Assembly (NCBI GenBank): GCA_009914755.4
Contig: CP086569.2
Coordinates: 10,432,001 to 10,496,000 of the forward strand
Length of the DNA: 64,000 bases
Direction of reading: 5' to 3'
DNA from: the human T2T-CHM13v2.0 reference genome, Homo sapiens
Shown here: one piece after another, positions 12,420-32,740 of the stretch
Layout of the letters: every line of letters begins with the position of its first letter
Numbering within the stretch: position 1 is the first letter of the stretch
Notes under the pieces: model-generated
Told to the model about the DNA's origin: nothing
Database searches by the model: none
The model's input: only the letters and a program-made list of their open reading frames with translations
Translations under genes and position numbers: made by a program

Positions 12420-15158
12420 CTATATATGTATATGTACACTTTTCTACATCTGAATTAGCCATATGCAAGGAAAAACTAAAACAGTTTTCAGAGATTCCAG
12501 GAAAATTCACAGACAAATTTAAAAGGCTAACCTTGATGTATGATCTGACCAGGCAGGATTTGCATATATTTATGTTTACCTGCTGCATGATAGAAGAGCA
12601 GTGCATTATGGGAGTGGCTAGAGCACATGCTAATAGGGTGGCAGCCTGCAACCAGAGGCATGGCACCTATCAAGTAGGAGGCTCAGCAGTGCCTGACTAG
12701 GACCCAAAAGAGGACTAGAATCTAGACAAATAAATTAGGAAGAAAGTGGGATATATAGAGAAAAATTATGATCGTTTGACTCCGTGAAGGAATTTTAAAA
12801 AAGTGTGATACAGCTTTTTAATTTTTATAAAGTCTGGAAAATTACTCAGGAAAAAGATGAAAACCTAGCCTTATTACAAGGGTGGATAATTTAGACCTTG
12901 AGGAAATACACTAACACTGACCCTGACTCCAAAAAGGGACAGGCATTGCTAGGAGCTTAATTTATAGTGGCGGTCCCCTGATATATGCAGGAAGCTGCCA
13001 AAAGCAGTCTTAGGCTTCCAGATTCCCATGGATCAGACTTTAGACTTGGATTTTGCAGTTTTCCATCACAGGGATTGGGCAGACAAAACATAAAATAAAG
13101 AAAATCTTCCAAGAGTCCCAGCTTCTAGCTGCAGCCTTGTGCTCTCCACCACTTCAGAGGCATCCCCTTAACCCCTGGCCCTCACAGAGGAAGTGAGAAG
13201 GTGAAAGTCCCAGTTTGTGCCTCTGGGCCACCGTACCTTGGATGTAAATCAATGTGCCTTCTGTAGGAAGGTCAGCCACTGCCAAAGGAAATGCACTGTG
13301 CTTCCAAGGGAGCCATCATCAGAGCCCAGCAGACTCAAAAGTGGCAGGGCCTGACACTTCCTACCTCCACTCCCATTGGACTATTAGCTACGGAGAAATG
13401 GAGGAGCCTCAGGTGACTCTTGAAGTAGAAGGTAGGAGTATTAACTGCTTATTAGGTGTGGGAGCATATTACTCTGTCCTGATTCAATACAATGGGCTAC
13501 TGTCTTCTCATGATGGACAAGCCCCAAAACACTCCTTTTTGTATCTTCTAAGTTGTCCTCCAGAGCCTCTAGGTTTCTCACCTGCCTTTTTAGTAATTGT
13601 CCGATTGCCTGACCTCTTACTGGGGAGAGGTTTATTGACTCAGGAGACAAAGTCATGGTCACCTTCACAGATCATGAAGCATAGAAAGTGTTACTTTTGT
13701 TCCTGACCCCTCAGGGGAAAAAAGAAGTTAAGAATGAGCTGTCACATTTACCACCTGAGGTGTTGTCTCAAGTAAATCTTGAGGTTTGGGCCACACAGGC
13801 TCTGGGAAACGCACTAAACACCTCCCCCATTCAAATCCAACTTCAGCCTAGTGCTCCTCGACCTCAGAAGAGACAATACAGTTTAAGGCAAGAAGCATGG
13901 GGGAAATTCAACCCCTTATTGCCAAATTCTTGCCATATGAGTTATTAAGGCCATGTGAGTCTCCTTACAATACTCGCATGTTACCAGATAAAAAGCCTAA
14001 TGGCACGTACAGATTTGTCAGAACCCTTAGAGCATTAAGAAATGCAGTTGTCTCCATACACCTCATTGTCCGCAATACTTACCAAGTCCCAGGTGATGCA
14101 AGCTAGTTTACATTCTTAAATCTGAAAGATGCACTTTTCTGGATCTCAATGCATCCAGATTCATAATATGTTTGCCTTTGAATGGACTGATCCAGATATT
14201 CATTCAGCCTCAAAACTAACCTGGACAGTCATCTCTGAAGGGTTCTGGGATAGCCCCCACTTATTGGGAAATGCTCTAGTTAAGGACTTAAGAAATCTGC
14301 AATTGGAAAAGGACAAAATTATTCAGTATGTAGGTGACTTGCTCATTGCTAGCCCAACTAAAGAAGACTTATAATAATAATGTTAAGTTGGGAAATTTCC
14401 TGGGAACTTGCAGATATATTGCATCACCATACAGGGCTCAGATTTTGACCGAAAGACTTAAATATTTGGAATCTGTCTTAACCTCTGGAACTGATCAACA
14501 TCCCTAGAAGATAAAAAAGTTATTTTAGTCACCCAAGGGTCCCTGTCCAAAAAATGACTGTGGGCTTTTTTAGATGGCTGGGTACTGTTGCTTATGGGTG
14601 CCCAGATTTGGGCATATAGCCAAGCCTTTATATGATACACTAAAGGGAAAGATTTAGAGCTCCTAGAATGTAATGACAACTGCAAGCAAACCTTCAATAC
14701 TCTCAAGGAGAAATTGGGCTCTGCTGCAGCCGTGGGAGTCCCCAAGTTGGATGAACTATTTTTTCTTTATGTGACCAAAAAGCAAAGCACAGGCCTTGGG
14801 TAATCTTGTCCCAAAACTGGGGGACATTCCAAGGCCAGTAGCCTAATTTTCTAAGCAGGCAGACCAGGTGGCCTCAGGGTGGCCTTTGTGTCTTAGAGAT
14901 ATTGCTGCTACCACTTTTCTAGCAGGCAAAGCTAATAAACTAACATTAGAACAGCACCTACAGGTTTTTGACCCCACATCAAGGGAAGGTAATCCTAGAA
15001 GCTAAAGAGCAGCAATGGATAATAGGAGAACATTTATGAAAGTATCAGGCTTTATTGCTAGACACTCCAGACATAACCCTTAAAGGCTGCCAAACCATAA
15101 ACCCAGCTACTTATCTGCCAGTGTCCTCAGGAGCTTCTAGCCTTTCTGACATACAGGT

Positions 15159-15806
<648 letters not shown>

Positions 15807-17439
15807 CAGGTTATGAGACAAATTTATTCTAGCAGGCCAGACTTAAGAGAGATGAGCCCTTTGACCATCCTAAGGAAGAGTGGTTAACAGATGTAAATTG
15901 TTTTATGCATCAGGAAAACGGGAGGGGTAGATATGCTATTAGTAGTCAGCTCAAGAGAATCAAGGCACAAGTCTTGCTGGTCTCGAACTCAGCTCGAAAA
16001 GCTGAGTTAATTGAAATTACTCAGCCCCTGTATTTGGGAAAGATTTAAAAGTTAACATTTACACTGATTCCAAGTATGACTTTTTAGTGCTTCATGATTA
16101 TGCTGCAATTTGGAATGGGTAGGGGCTCCTGACCCCCAAGGGCTTTTCCCTACAACATCATTCAGATTTTGAGCTTGTTAGAATGCTGCTTTGCTGCCAA
16201 AAAGTGACTATAATTAATTGCAGAGGACATCAAAAGAGAGACTGACCATATAAAAGGAAATGCCCTTGTAGATGAAGCAGCCAAGGCCCCTGCACTGAAA
16301 GGGTCAATGAAGCTTATGGGCGTGCTGGCAAGCATACATAGAACTGAGCCAGAACACTCTGAAGAAGAAGAAAAATGGGCCAGGGATTTCATTTCAGTCC
16401 AGGGCCCCTGTGGCTGGCTGAATGATAGTAATAAATTACAAATTCCAAGTACCAATTGTAGGAATATAATTCAGCACTTTCATGATTCTTTTCACCCTAG
16501 AAGGGATTCTTGGTTTCTGTCAATATCTCATTTGTTTATAGGGGTAAATCTTTTCAAGACACCAAAACAGGTGACTCAGCCCTGTGAGCTCTGTGCCTGA
16601 CATGACCCAAATGGCCAGCAATTTTCTCCTTCTCCAGGTAAACCTGTCCAAAATTGAGAAACCTATCCAGGTGAGAACTGGCAACTCTAATTTACTTAGA
16701 TACCTTTCTGCAGGAGATTCAAATATTTGCTAACGCTTACTGATAACTTCACTGGTTAGATCGAGACATTCCCCACCCCATCTGAAAAATGTTTACCAGA
16801 AGAAATAACTCCTCAGTTTGGGTAATCTAAAAGCCTGCAAAGTGGCAATGGCCCATCTTTCACAGCTGGTGTATCCCAACACCTATCCTCAGCTTTAAGA
16901 ATCCAATATTACCTTTACTCTGTGTGCAGACTGCAGTCCTCTGGAAAGGTGAAAGGGCTAATCCTACTCTAAAGAAGACTCTAGCTAAATCAGATGCCTG
17001 ACTATCTCTAACACCCATAGCTTACTGTGGGTTTGAACTGCTCCAAAGTAAAACTTATAATTAAATCCTGTTGAGTTAACATTTGGAAGACCTTTCCTAA
17101 GCACAGGTCTCCTAATAGATGAAAAGACTCAACAATTACAAAAATATGTCATCAATCTAGGACAGGTGCAAAGGCACTTTGTGAATATGGAAACAAGAGT
17201 CTTCCCCTACCACATGGGAGGAAAATTCAGTTTCAGCTCAGCTAGGGATTTAGTCTTACTAAAGATGTGGGAGGAAGTTTTCCAGTTGACCAGCTTTCCC
17301 CAACTTGGAAAGGACCACAGCAAGGACATCGGAGCTCTCCAACAGACGTTCAACGCCAAGGGATTAACAAATGGGTACACCTGTGTGGAAGTAAAGCTGT
17401 TGCTTATTCTGGGAGCCGAATCTGAGGCTGACGGATGTG

Positions 17440-17539
17440 GGTGCGGGGCTATTTCAGCGTTGGTGGAGGGCGGGCTGGGTAGCTGCCCATCTGCTCCTCC
17501 TTCTCACGTTTCTCCTGCCGCTCTAATCCCGCCTTGGCC
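17440..17539 (+). promoter_or_regulatory. CpG-retaining 5'UTR / proximal promoter region of the beta-tubulin-like exon
   Basis: GC-rich with many intact CpGs (gacggatgtgggtgcggggctatttcagcgttggtggagggcgggctgggtagctgcccatctgctcc...ccgctctaatcccgccttggcc) immediately 5' of the ATG. No canonical TATAAA. Confidence 0.35.
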
Positions 17540-17596
17540 ATGAAGGAAATCGTGCTCACGCAGGCCGGGCAGTGCGGGAACCAGATTGGCGCCAAG
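17540..17596 (+). pseudogene. Beta-tubulin exon 1 (TUBB8/TUBB4Q subfamily-like) with intact GT splice donor; isolated gene fragment
   Basis: ATGAAGGAAATCGTGCTCACGCAGGCCGGGCAGTGCGGGAACCAGATTGGCGCCAAG|gt encodes MKEIVLTQAGQCGNQIGAK. The beta-tubulin N-terminus is MREIV(H/L)(I/T)Q(A/I)GQCGNQIGAK, and the LTQ variant is characteristic of TUBB8/TUBB4Q. Exon 1 ends at codon 19 as in TUBB genes. No exon-4-like ORF occurs anywhere in the window. Confidence 0.8.
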
Positions 17597-17707
17597 GTTG
17601 TATTTGACTCCCTAAAATTTAAAATTTTGTATGAGAGAAAAATACCTCAAAGTCAAAAGTCAACAGACTGGGGAAATAGATCTGCAACATACATGACAGA
17701 CAAAAAG

Positions 17708-17775
17708 CTAATTTGGGATATATATATACACATATATATACACACACACATATATATACACACACATATACATAC

Positions 17776-17810
<35 letters not shown>

Positions 17811-17830
17811 GAGATAGATAGATATATGTA
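17708..17830. repeat. Compound (TA)n/(CA)n/(TACA)n microsatellite
   Basis: atatatatacacatatatatacacacacacatatatatacacacacatatacatacatacatataaatatatatac...; followed by poly-T at 17838-17862. Confidence 0.85.
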
Positions 17831-19179
17831 AATATCCATTTTTTTTGTTTTTTTTTTTTTTGGTGAACAAGTGAAAGGAAGTTTATTGTGTTTGGTACAT
17901 ATATCTGTTTCTGTTTTCCATACAAGCACATCAACCACAAGACTTACAGAGCACAATGGAATAATAATCACAAAATATTTAAAGATATAAAAAGACCTAA
18001 CAATTCCAATCATAAGCAAGTCCCTCATACAGGACATAAACCACAAAAGCAACAAGACATGTACGGGAAAAGTGCTTCTTAAGATCATTTTATTATCATG
18101 TATAAACTCTTTCTGATTTCAATATAAGTTTAAGAACTCTTAAATCGACGAAGGAAAGAACTAAATTTGTAAGTTATAATTTATAAAGATTATCAGGGAC
18201 AATGCTAAGAAAAAATAGAAAAGAATGAATTTGCATACATATTCATGAATTCTTACACAGTTGTCTTCTTTAACAATGGAGCAATGAAAATACAATCGGA
18301 ATAACTGGTGCTTTTTGAAAAGCTGATTGTAAATGGTCAACTGCACATTTGAATCAATTACTATGATACATGGCAAATAATAGAGAGCCTCCAAAATGTG
18401 TGAGGCATATTTATTTCTTTTGATTTTTTCATTTATGAACATGAATGCTTATTTTACTTATAATCTTCTGATTGGATTGATCAAGAAAGACATTAAACTT
18501 GGTTGAAGAAGGTAGTCAAGAGTCTGCACAACTGGTCTTTCTTAGAGCAAAGTTACTCAGGAATAGTTTCTGAGTTCCCTCTCCTGGGCTCATAATTAGT
18601 GGCAGCAGAGAGGGAAGAACAATCTAGAAGCCAGCAGTATCAGAATGAGAGTAAGAGCACCCTAGCTCGCTCACAAACACTCCAAAAGCTAAGACTGCCC
18701 TCCTGACCATGAGAATATATCTGCTTCCTGTGATAAAATACCAAAAATCTCAGTTTCTCTCTGCCATTGTTACTTGTAATAAACTGCATCCCACGGACCC
18801 AGTTTAGCCCCCTGATCAAAAGCATGGCTACAGACTAATTCAGTGAATGGGCCCATGAGTTCTTGTAACATACCTGAACATTCAGACATATTGTTTCCAT
18901 TTTTGCATTGTCTGAAATCTTCTGTCAGTGTAGCAAGTGTACCTTAACTGCTAAATAGCTTACCCCACTTAGAAAAATAACTAAGGGCATGGAACTCCCA
19001 ACATTCAATAAATTCTGATAGCTGTGAATGCTGTTTTCACCTTCTAATCACCAGTACAAAAAAATTCCACACTCTAGACTTAAATCTTACATCAACTGTC
19101 CTTCAGAAAATTATTTAATCCTTCTGGGACTCTAATTTCTGATCTTTTTTTAAAATTTATTTTTTTATTTTCTTTTTTT

Positions 19180-21432
<2,253 letters not shown>

Positions 21433-23450
21433 TAACACCATTTAAAAAAAATACCGTCCTTTCCCCATTGAACAGTGTTGACGCCCTTGTTAAAAATCAT
21501 GACCATGTTTTTTGGTTCTTTATTTCTATTGCATTGGTCTTTGTGTCTGTCTCTATGCTGCTACAGCATTGTTTTGCATACTGAAGTTTGAAACCAGAAG
21601 ATGTTACTCTTCTAACTTTGTCAGTTTTTAAGATTGATTTGGCTGCTTGGGGTTTTTTGAGATTTCAACTGAATTTTAGAATAGGTTTTTCTATTTTTGC
21701 AAATATTGGAATTTTTATAGTGATTTTACTGAATCTGTAGATGACTATAGATAACAATGGCCCCTTGACAAGGTTTTGTCTTCCAGTCCATAAACACTTG
21801 ATGTCTTTTCATTTATTTGTGTCATCTTTAATACTTTCATGCCATGTTTATAGTTTTTGCTGTACAGGTTTTTCATTTCCTTGGTTAACTGGGTTTCTAC
21901 GTATTTTATTCTTTTGATGTTATCATACATGATACTGTTGCCTTGATTTCTTCTTCAGATAGTTTATTGTTATTGTAGAAATACAACTGATTTTTGTGTA
22001 TTGTTTTCTATCCTCCAGCTTTGCTGAATTTTATTTATTGCGTCTGAGAGTTTATCTCACGGAAACTAAAAGATTTTTAATATATAAGGTTATGTCATCT
22101 TCAAACAGATATTAAATAGAAGTAGTAAAAGCAGGCATCCTTGTTTTTGCTCTTAGGGTAAAAGCTTTCAGTCTTTCACCATGTTAGCTGTGTTTCTTTG
22201 TTTTGTTTTGTTTTTTGTACAGCATTATGTAAAGTGTTTTCTTTCTTTTTATAGCTTATTAAGTATATTTTATCATGAATGTGCATTAAATTTTGACAAA
22301 TGCTTCTTTTTCTTTGCTTAAGATGATCACATGCGGGTTTTTTCCTTATGTTAATGCGATATTACACTGATTTTCATGTATTGGAACATACTTTCATTTC
22401 AGGAGTCAATTATACTCATTCATAGTGTATAATCCGTTTAATGTACTGCTAAGTTTGAGTTGCTGGTATTTTGTTGAGGATTTTTGCATCAGCATTTATA
22501 AGGGATGTTTGTTTGTAGTTTTCTTATGGTGCCTTTTTCTGTCTTGGTGCCAGGGTAATACTGGACTCACAGAATAAGTTAGAAAAAATTACCTCCTCTT
22601 CAACGTTTGAAAAAGTTTGAGAAAAAGTGGTGTTAATTCTGTTTTAAACATTGGGTAGAATTTAACAGTGAAGCCATCTTGTCCAAGCTTTTCTTTGTTG
22701 CTGAGTTTTTGATTACTGATGTAATCTTCCTGCTGAATCTCCTTGCTGAATAGGTTTATTCAACTTTTCTGATTCAGTCTTAGTAGGTTTTTTTTTCCTA
22801 GGAATTTGTTCATTTTATTTAGGCTATTCAATTTTTTAGTGTATAGTTCCTTATGTTACTCTCCTACACCCCTTTTTTACTCCAAAAATTTGTTAGTAAT
22901 ATACCCATTTTATTTTTGAGTTTAGTAATTTGAATATTCCCTTTCTTTCTTAGTCAATCTAGATAAAATTTTGTCACTTTTGATATTTTTCAGAGAACAA
23001 ACTAGGTTGTGTTGATTTTTGATATGGTTTTTCTATTCTCTATTTCACTTATTTCCACTGCAAATTTTATCTTTTTTTTAATTTTTGCTAGTTTTAGTTG
23101 TCCCTCTTTAATAGTCCCTCTTTTTCTCTCTGTTTTTAGTTCCTTAGGAGTAAAGTTGTTGATTTGGTATCTTATTTTTTATAATCATTTATAGCTATAA
23201 ATTTTTCCCTTATGGTACCGTTTTTGATGTATCTCCTAACTTTTGGTATTTCATGTTTTTAATTTGTCCCCATATATTTGCTCTTGTGATTTCTTCTTTT
23301 TCCATCCTTGAGAGTTTCATACCTATATTTTTAGATATAAAATGTGTAACCTACAAAATTTTCTTGATTTGTTTGTTTTATTTGTTGTAAGTTTTTATTT
23401 CAGAATTAAATATGTGTATCAACATTTGTTATGTTCTCATAAACTTTGAA
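21433..23450 (-). mobile_element. Older L1 (L1PB/L1MA-like) ORF2 fragment
   Basis: Reverse-strand sequence such as ...tcagcatttataagggatgtttgtttgtagttttcttatggtgcctttttctgtcttggtgccagggtaatactggactcacagaataagt... is collinear with L1 ORF2 but much more diverged than the L1PA copies. Confidence 0.6.
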
Positions 23451-24555
23451 ATACATGGAGATTCCTGGTCCACATATGTAAGTCTCTATATGAATATTAT
23501 TTTGAAGCATTTAACCTTCTATTTTAATATTTCAAAGGTCTAGATGAAATTGAGACTTTGGTTTCTGAGATGAAATAATGCTAGGTGACTGAGAAATGCT
23601 TAAAAATTTGCCAAAACTTAAAATTAAGTTAAAGTTTACCTTCAAGATTCAACCTGAATAAGTCGCCCTGTATTGCTGGTAATAAAGAATAAGTCTTTAA
23701 TGATATAAAAGGAAACTTCAGATAATTTTTCCCCAGTTGACATATAAATTAAAAGATATAAAAAATTTTTATGGCCTTATGCATTTTTTACTTTAGAATT
23801 CCAAATTTTTCTCGTTAAAATTTTTCCCAACAGATTCCTGTGTATTTGAAAGACAAATAATTTTTTAGTTGAAATGCTTAAGCAGTTAAATAAGGCCATG
23901 AAAATTTCTTGAACTTGTGGGAATCCATGAGAAAACCTGACATTATGTTCTATTCTCTTGGAAGGTAGAATTATCGTTTGACTTCTGTTTTGCTGACAAG
24001 AAATGTCCTGAGCAAGGCTACCTGGGAAAATGACCTCACACATGGAAAACGTTGGAGCCCATCTGTTTCCAATGTGCTGTTTTCCGAAAATTAGGGAAGT
24101 TCAGTTTTCCCTTTGACACTCTCTCTTACTACCAATCCCAATGCCAGGGCTGTCCTGCTTCTACAAGTGACAATGACAAATATGGGCCTGAAGAAAGATG
24201 AGCTGATGGCATTCCCAGCTTATTACCTCTCCTTGGGGTCCTTATCTCACATACATGAATTCAACTCATAAACTCAGCTGGGTGAGGATCTGTTATTCAG
24301 CTACATAAGAAGTGATTGCTTAAGACTCGGGTGTGTGGTGAAATGAGGCAGAATTTTCTCAATGGAATGTTGGGAGAATTTTCTCATTATTACCATCTTA
24401 CTATCACTAAATCATAGCTAAAATGAAGACATTGTTCAAGAAGAAATAGAAATGTAACCTTATGAGGACATAAATTTAGAGATTTGTGGAGAGCTCTTCA
24501 TAATTTTATGGTGTTGTCTTTGAGCTGGGATTATAGTTGACATTTCATTATAATA

Positions 24556-29100
<4,545 letters not shown>

Positions 29101-30215
29101 AACTAAAGTATGATTTCTTAATACTTGAGATGTTTTAAATACATAACAATAATGATATTTATCACAAATATATTTTGTCTCAATGTGATATACTAAATGC
29201 TAAAAAGTCAATTCTTTTTGGTTACCACAAAACAATCTGGAAATGTAACGTCTGACATTTATAAAATTTTTGTAGAGTTAATAGAACTTTACTTGAAGGG
29301 AGGCTGTCAATATGCATCATGACTTCAAGCACTGCCAGTGAAGTTGTGGAGTTTGAAATGGTACTCACATTTGTTACTGGGATTATAAATTAGTACAAAC
29401 TATATCAATTGTGATTAAACAATATATACCAAAATTATAAATGGAAATAGTCTCTGATTCAGCAATTTCATTTCCAGAAATTTGCCATACAGACATACTT
29501 ATGATGCCTGGAATTATGTATGAATGGGAGAAAGTATTATACCACCTTTTTAATTAACAAAAGTCTAGAAATCACCTTAATGTTTATGAATCACATTAAT
29601 GATTATCATCTTACTGTTTATGAAATTATGGTTATTCATATGATAGACTACTATGCAGCTATTTAAAAAAATAAATTTTAAAGGGATGCTCAAAAATGAT
29701 GTCCAAGATATGTTACAAAGGAAAAAAACCTGGGTGGAGAGCCACATGTCTGATATGCCTCTATTCCTATAAAATCAGAGTGTATATAAATGCATAGAGT
29801 ATCTCTATTAACTGGTAACTGTTACAAAATTCAAAGTTAATGCAGGCAAGGCCTTTCTTTTTTAATGCTAAAACTCCAAGGAACTGCACAACATTTGAGG
29901 ATTTCCAACACATGCCAATCTACCTTTGAACCTACAGATTTTAGGAAATGAAGCTCTTGAAAAATCAATCATTAATATTCCTAGCTACAGTTGTTTGGGA
30001 CATAATTAGAATGATCCATTCTTTGAAAGTCTGTAAAATTTGCTTATACAACCATCGGGCATAGTCCTTCCTTTGTGAAAGATTTTATTTTACTAGAGAT
30101 TTTATGTCCTTCAAGTTATAGTACTTCTTAGGTTTTCTATTTCTTCTTGATTCTTGAGTCAATTTTGGTACCACTTAGTACCCCACAGGGTTCTTGTGCT
30201 CAGAACACATCAGTC

Positions 30216-30540
30216 AAAGAAAGAGAGAAGAAAGGAAGGCAGGAAGGAGGGAGGAAGAAAGGAAGGAAGGGGACAAAGAAAGAGAGAAGGAAGGAAAGAA
30301 TGGGATAAGGAAGGATGGAGGGAAAGATGGGGAGAGAGAGAAAGAAAGAAGGGAGGAGGGAGAGAAAGAGGGAAAGAGAAAGAAGGAAAGAAAACAAGGA
30401 AGCAGGGAGGGAGAGAAAGAAGAAAGTAGAGGAAGGAAGGAAGAAAGTAAGGAAAGAGGGAGGGAAGGAAGGGAGAGAGAGAGGAAAGGAGGGAAAGAAA
30501 GAGAGAAAGGTGAAAGGTGGGGATGGGAAGACAAGAGGAG
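30216..30540 (+). repeat. ~325-bp homopurine (GGAA/GAAA/GGGA-rich) low-complexity tract
   Basis: aaagaaagagagaagaaaggaaggcaggaaggagggaggaagaaaggaaggaagg... has almost no pyrimidines on the plus strand. It gives rise to the spurious Arg/Glu/Lys-rich ORFs 30154-30604. Confidence 0.9.
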
Positions 30541-30789
30541 CCAGCCACAGGCTACATCCTGTTTGTTCACTCTTTTAGTTGACCCAGGCAGTTCTGCCTT
30601 TTAAATATTCCACCTTCTACCATGAGTTACACTGCTCAATATTCATTCCTCAGAGCATTCAAAAGTCTATGTGTGCCCTGCCATGATGGAGCATGGCTTC
30701 AGCTCCCAAACACAACTCTCAGCCAAAATATTCATGACTGGTCCCTCCCATATACTCACCAATACCCCATGTATGGTCTTCATGTGTCC

Positions 30790-31185
30790 CCCAGAGCTCA
30801 AGTGTTGGAAACTTAATCCTCTATGTGACAGTGTTGAGATGTGGGCCTAATAAGAGTGATTGGGTTATGAGATTCTGCCCCAATGCATGGATTAATGTTA
30901 GTATCTCAGGAAGAGGTTAGTTATCTGGGGGGTGGGTTAGTTATCTTGGGAGTGCGCTTGTATTAAAAGCAAGTTCAGCCCCTTTTGCTCTCTTTCTTTC
31001 TCAAAGTCTTGCTTTGCTGCCTTCAGCCATGAGATGACACAGCAAGAAGGCCTTCACCAGATGCAGACGCCCTCATCCTTGGACTTCCTCACCTCCAGAA
31101 CACTAAGAAATAAATTTCTTTTCTTTATAGATTCCCTAGTCTATGGTATTTTGTTATAGTAGTACAAAATGGGTTAAGAAGTCCC
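30790..31185 (+). mobile_element. Old MaLR-type LTR (MST/MLT-like)
   Basis: ccagagctcaagtgttggaaacttaatcc...gtgttgagatgtgggcctaataagagtgattgggttatgag...ccatgagatgacacagcaagaaggcc...ccagaacactaagaaataaatttcttttctttatagattccctagtctatggtattttgttatagtag has the typical MaLR LTR architecture. Confidence 0.55.
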
Positions 31186-31454
31186 ATTAAGTGGAGAGTG
31201 CTGATCCACAGGGTTGAGATCATTGACTTAGGGCTTGGAGTCTTATACAACATCCCTATGGGAGTTGGCCTCCATATTCCCTAACTTCCACGAATCTCAA
31301 ATGGTGATCTCAGACCAAAATATAGCCCAGATATTTTGCATTTGGCAATATTGCCCACTTTTCTACAACTTTATCATGGCAGCTTTGATGTGTTCACTTC
31401 TACAATCCCTGAAAGGATATGAGTTCAAGATCCTGCAAGGTTACAATCCAAGGA

Positions 31455-31640
31455 TAGAAGAGCCTAGACAAGATTCCCATCAACTGGGTGATCAGTGCAG
31501 AGATACGTCACAAATCCTCAGTAGGCAAAGCCTAGACAAGAGTTACATCACCAGGGGGTTCAATGCAGAGATATGTTACAAAGCCCCCATAGGCAGAGCC
31601 TAGACAAGAGTTACATCACCTGGGTGACAGGCAAACAACA
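31455..31640. repeat. Tandem repeat, ~63-bp unit x about 3
   Basis: Units cctagacaagattcccatcaactgggtgatcagtgcagagatacgtcacaaatcctcagtaggcaaag / cctagacaagagttacatcaccagggggttcaatgcagagatatgttacaaagcccccataggcagag / cctagacaagagttacatcacctgggtgacagg. Confidence 0.8.
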
Positions 31641-31689
31641 ATGAAAACTTATTTTCATCCCCACTTCAGTCTTTGAGGTTAGACAGACC

Positions 31690-31830
31690 AGGATTCAAAT
31701 CCAAGCTCCATCTCTGGCTGTGCGAGCTTGCTCAAGCTGCTAACCTCTCTGAGATTTGACTCTTCATTTGTGAAATGAGGATAAAGACCCTTCTCTCAGG
31801 GGCTGTGCCAAGGATGAAATGAGTCATGCA
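31690..31830 (+). mobile_element. MIR-like SINE fragment
   Basis: caggattcaaatccaagctccatctctggctgtgcgagcttgctcaagctgctaacctctctgagatttgactcttcatttgtgaaatgaggataa resembles the MIR core. Confidence 0.5.
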
Positions 31831-31847
31831 TTGGTCAGGACAGGTGA

Positions 31848-32225
<378 letters not shown>

Positions 32226-32442
32226 TTCTGAATTGATTTCACATCCATCACGGGTGAACAAGGGTCTCTGGTGGTCGTAGTCATTCAGAGCCTCAAACAG
32301 ATAGACCCTTATCCCAGAAGATGCTCCCACAGTTCCAGAAACAGAGCAAATAAAACGTAATCAGCCATGAGCCACTTCTTAAATCCCCTGCCCGGAAGGG
32401 ATGCACATTTCTTCTGTCACAGCTGTTGCCCAAAATGTCTCA

Positions 32443-32740
32443 GGCTGCCGCGCACAGTGGCTCACATCTGTAATCTCAGCATTTTGGGAGGCAGAGGCAG
32501 GCAGATCACCTGAGGTCAGGAGTTCCAGACCAGTCTGACCAACATGGAGAAACCCTATCTCTACTCATAATATGAAAATTTGCCGGTCGTGGTGGCGGGT
32601 GCCTGTTAGCCCCAGCTAGTCTGGAAGCTGAGGCAGGAGAATCACTTGGATCCAGGAGGTGGAGATTGCAATGAGTTGAGAACAGGCCACTGCATCCCAG
32701 TCTGAGTGAAAGAGTGAGACTTCATCTCAAAAAAAAAAGT
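32443..32740 (+). mobile_element. Alu with target-site duplication GTCTCAGGC
   Basis: gtctcaggc precedes the Alu (32435-32443) and follows its poly-A (32740-32748). Confidence 0.9.

Noticed and set aside
13254-14374. ORFs with protease- and reverse-transcriptase-like motifs
   Set aside because: Part of the degenerate class I ERV pol, with stops and frameshifts throughout. Annotated as a mobile element, not as functional CDS.
17534-17785. ORF-track protein MAMKEIVLTQAGQCGNQIGAKVVFDSLKFKIL... (83 aa) as a tubulin gene
   Set aside because: Only the first 19 codons after the internal ATG are tubulin exon 1. The ORF then reads through the GT donor into intron-like AT-rich sequence. The ORF-track start at 17534 is TTG, and the real ATG is at 17540. 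No downstream tubulin exons were found, so an intact TUBB gene is rejected.
29480-29830. Possible ancient L1 3'UTR fragment (…tatgcagctatttaaaaaaataaattttaaagggatgctcaaaaatgatgtccaagatatgttac...)
   Set aside because: The resemblance to L1M 3' ends is loose and I could not anchor it to a consensus by eye. Not reported as a feature.
30154-30604. Overlapping 91-136-aa ORFs rich in Arg/Glu/Lys/Gly (plus strand) and Ser/Leu/Pro/Phe (minus strand)
   Set aside because: They are frame translations of the 325-bp homopurine GGAA/GAAA tract. They show no codon structure, no start context and no homology expectation.
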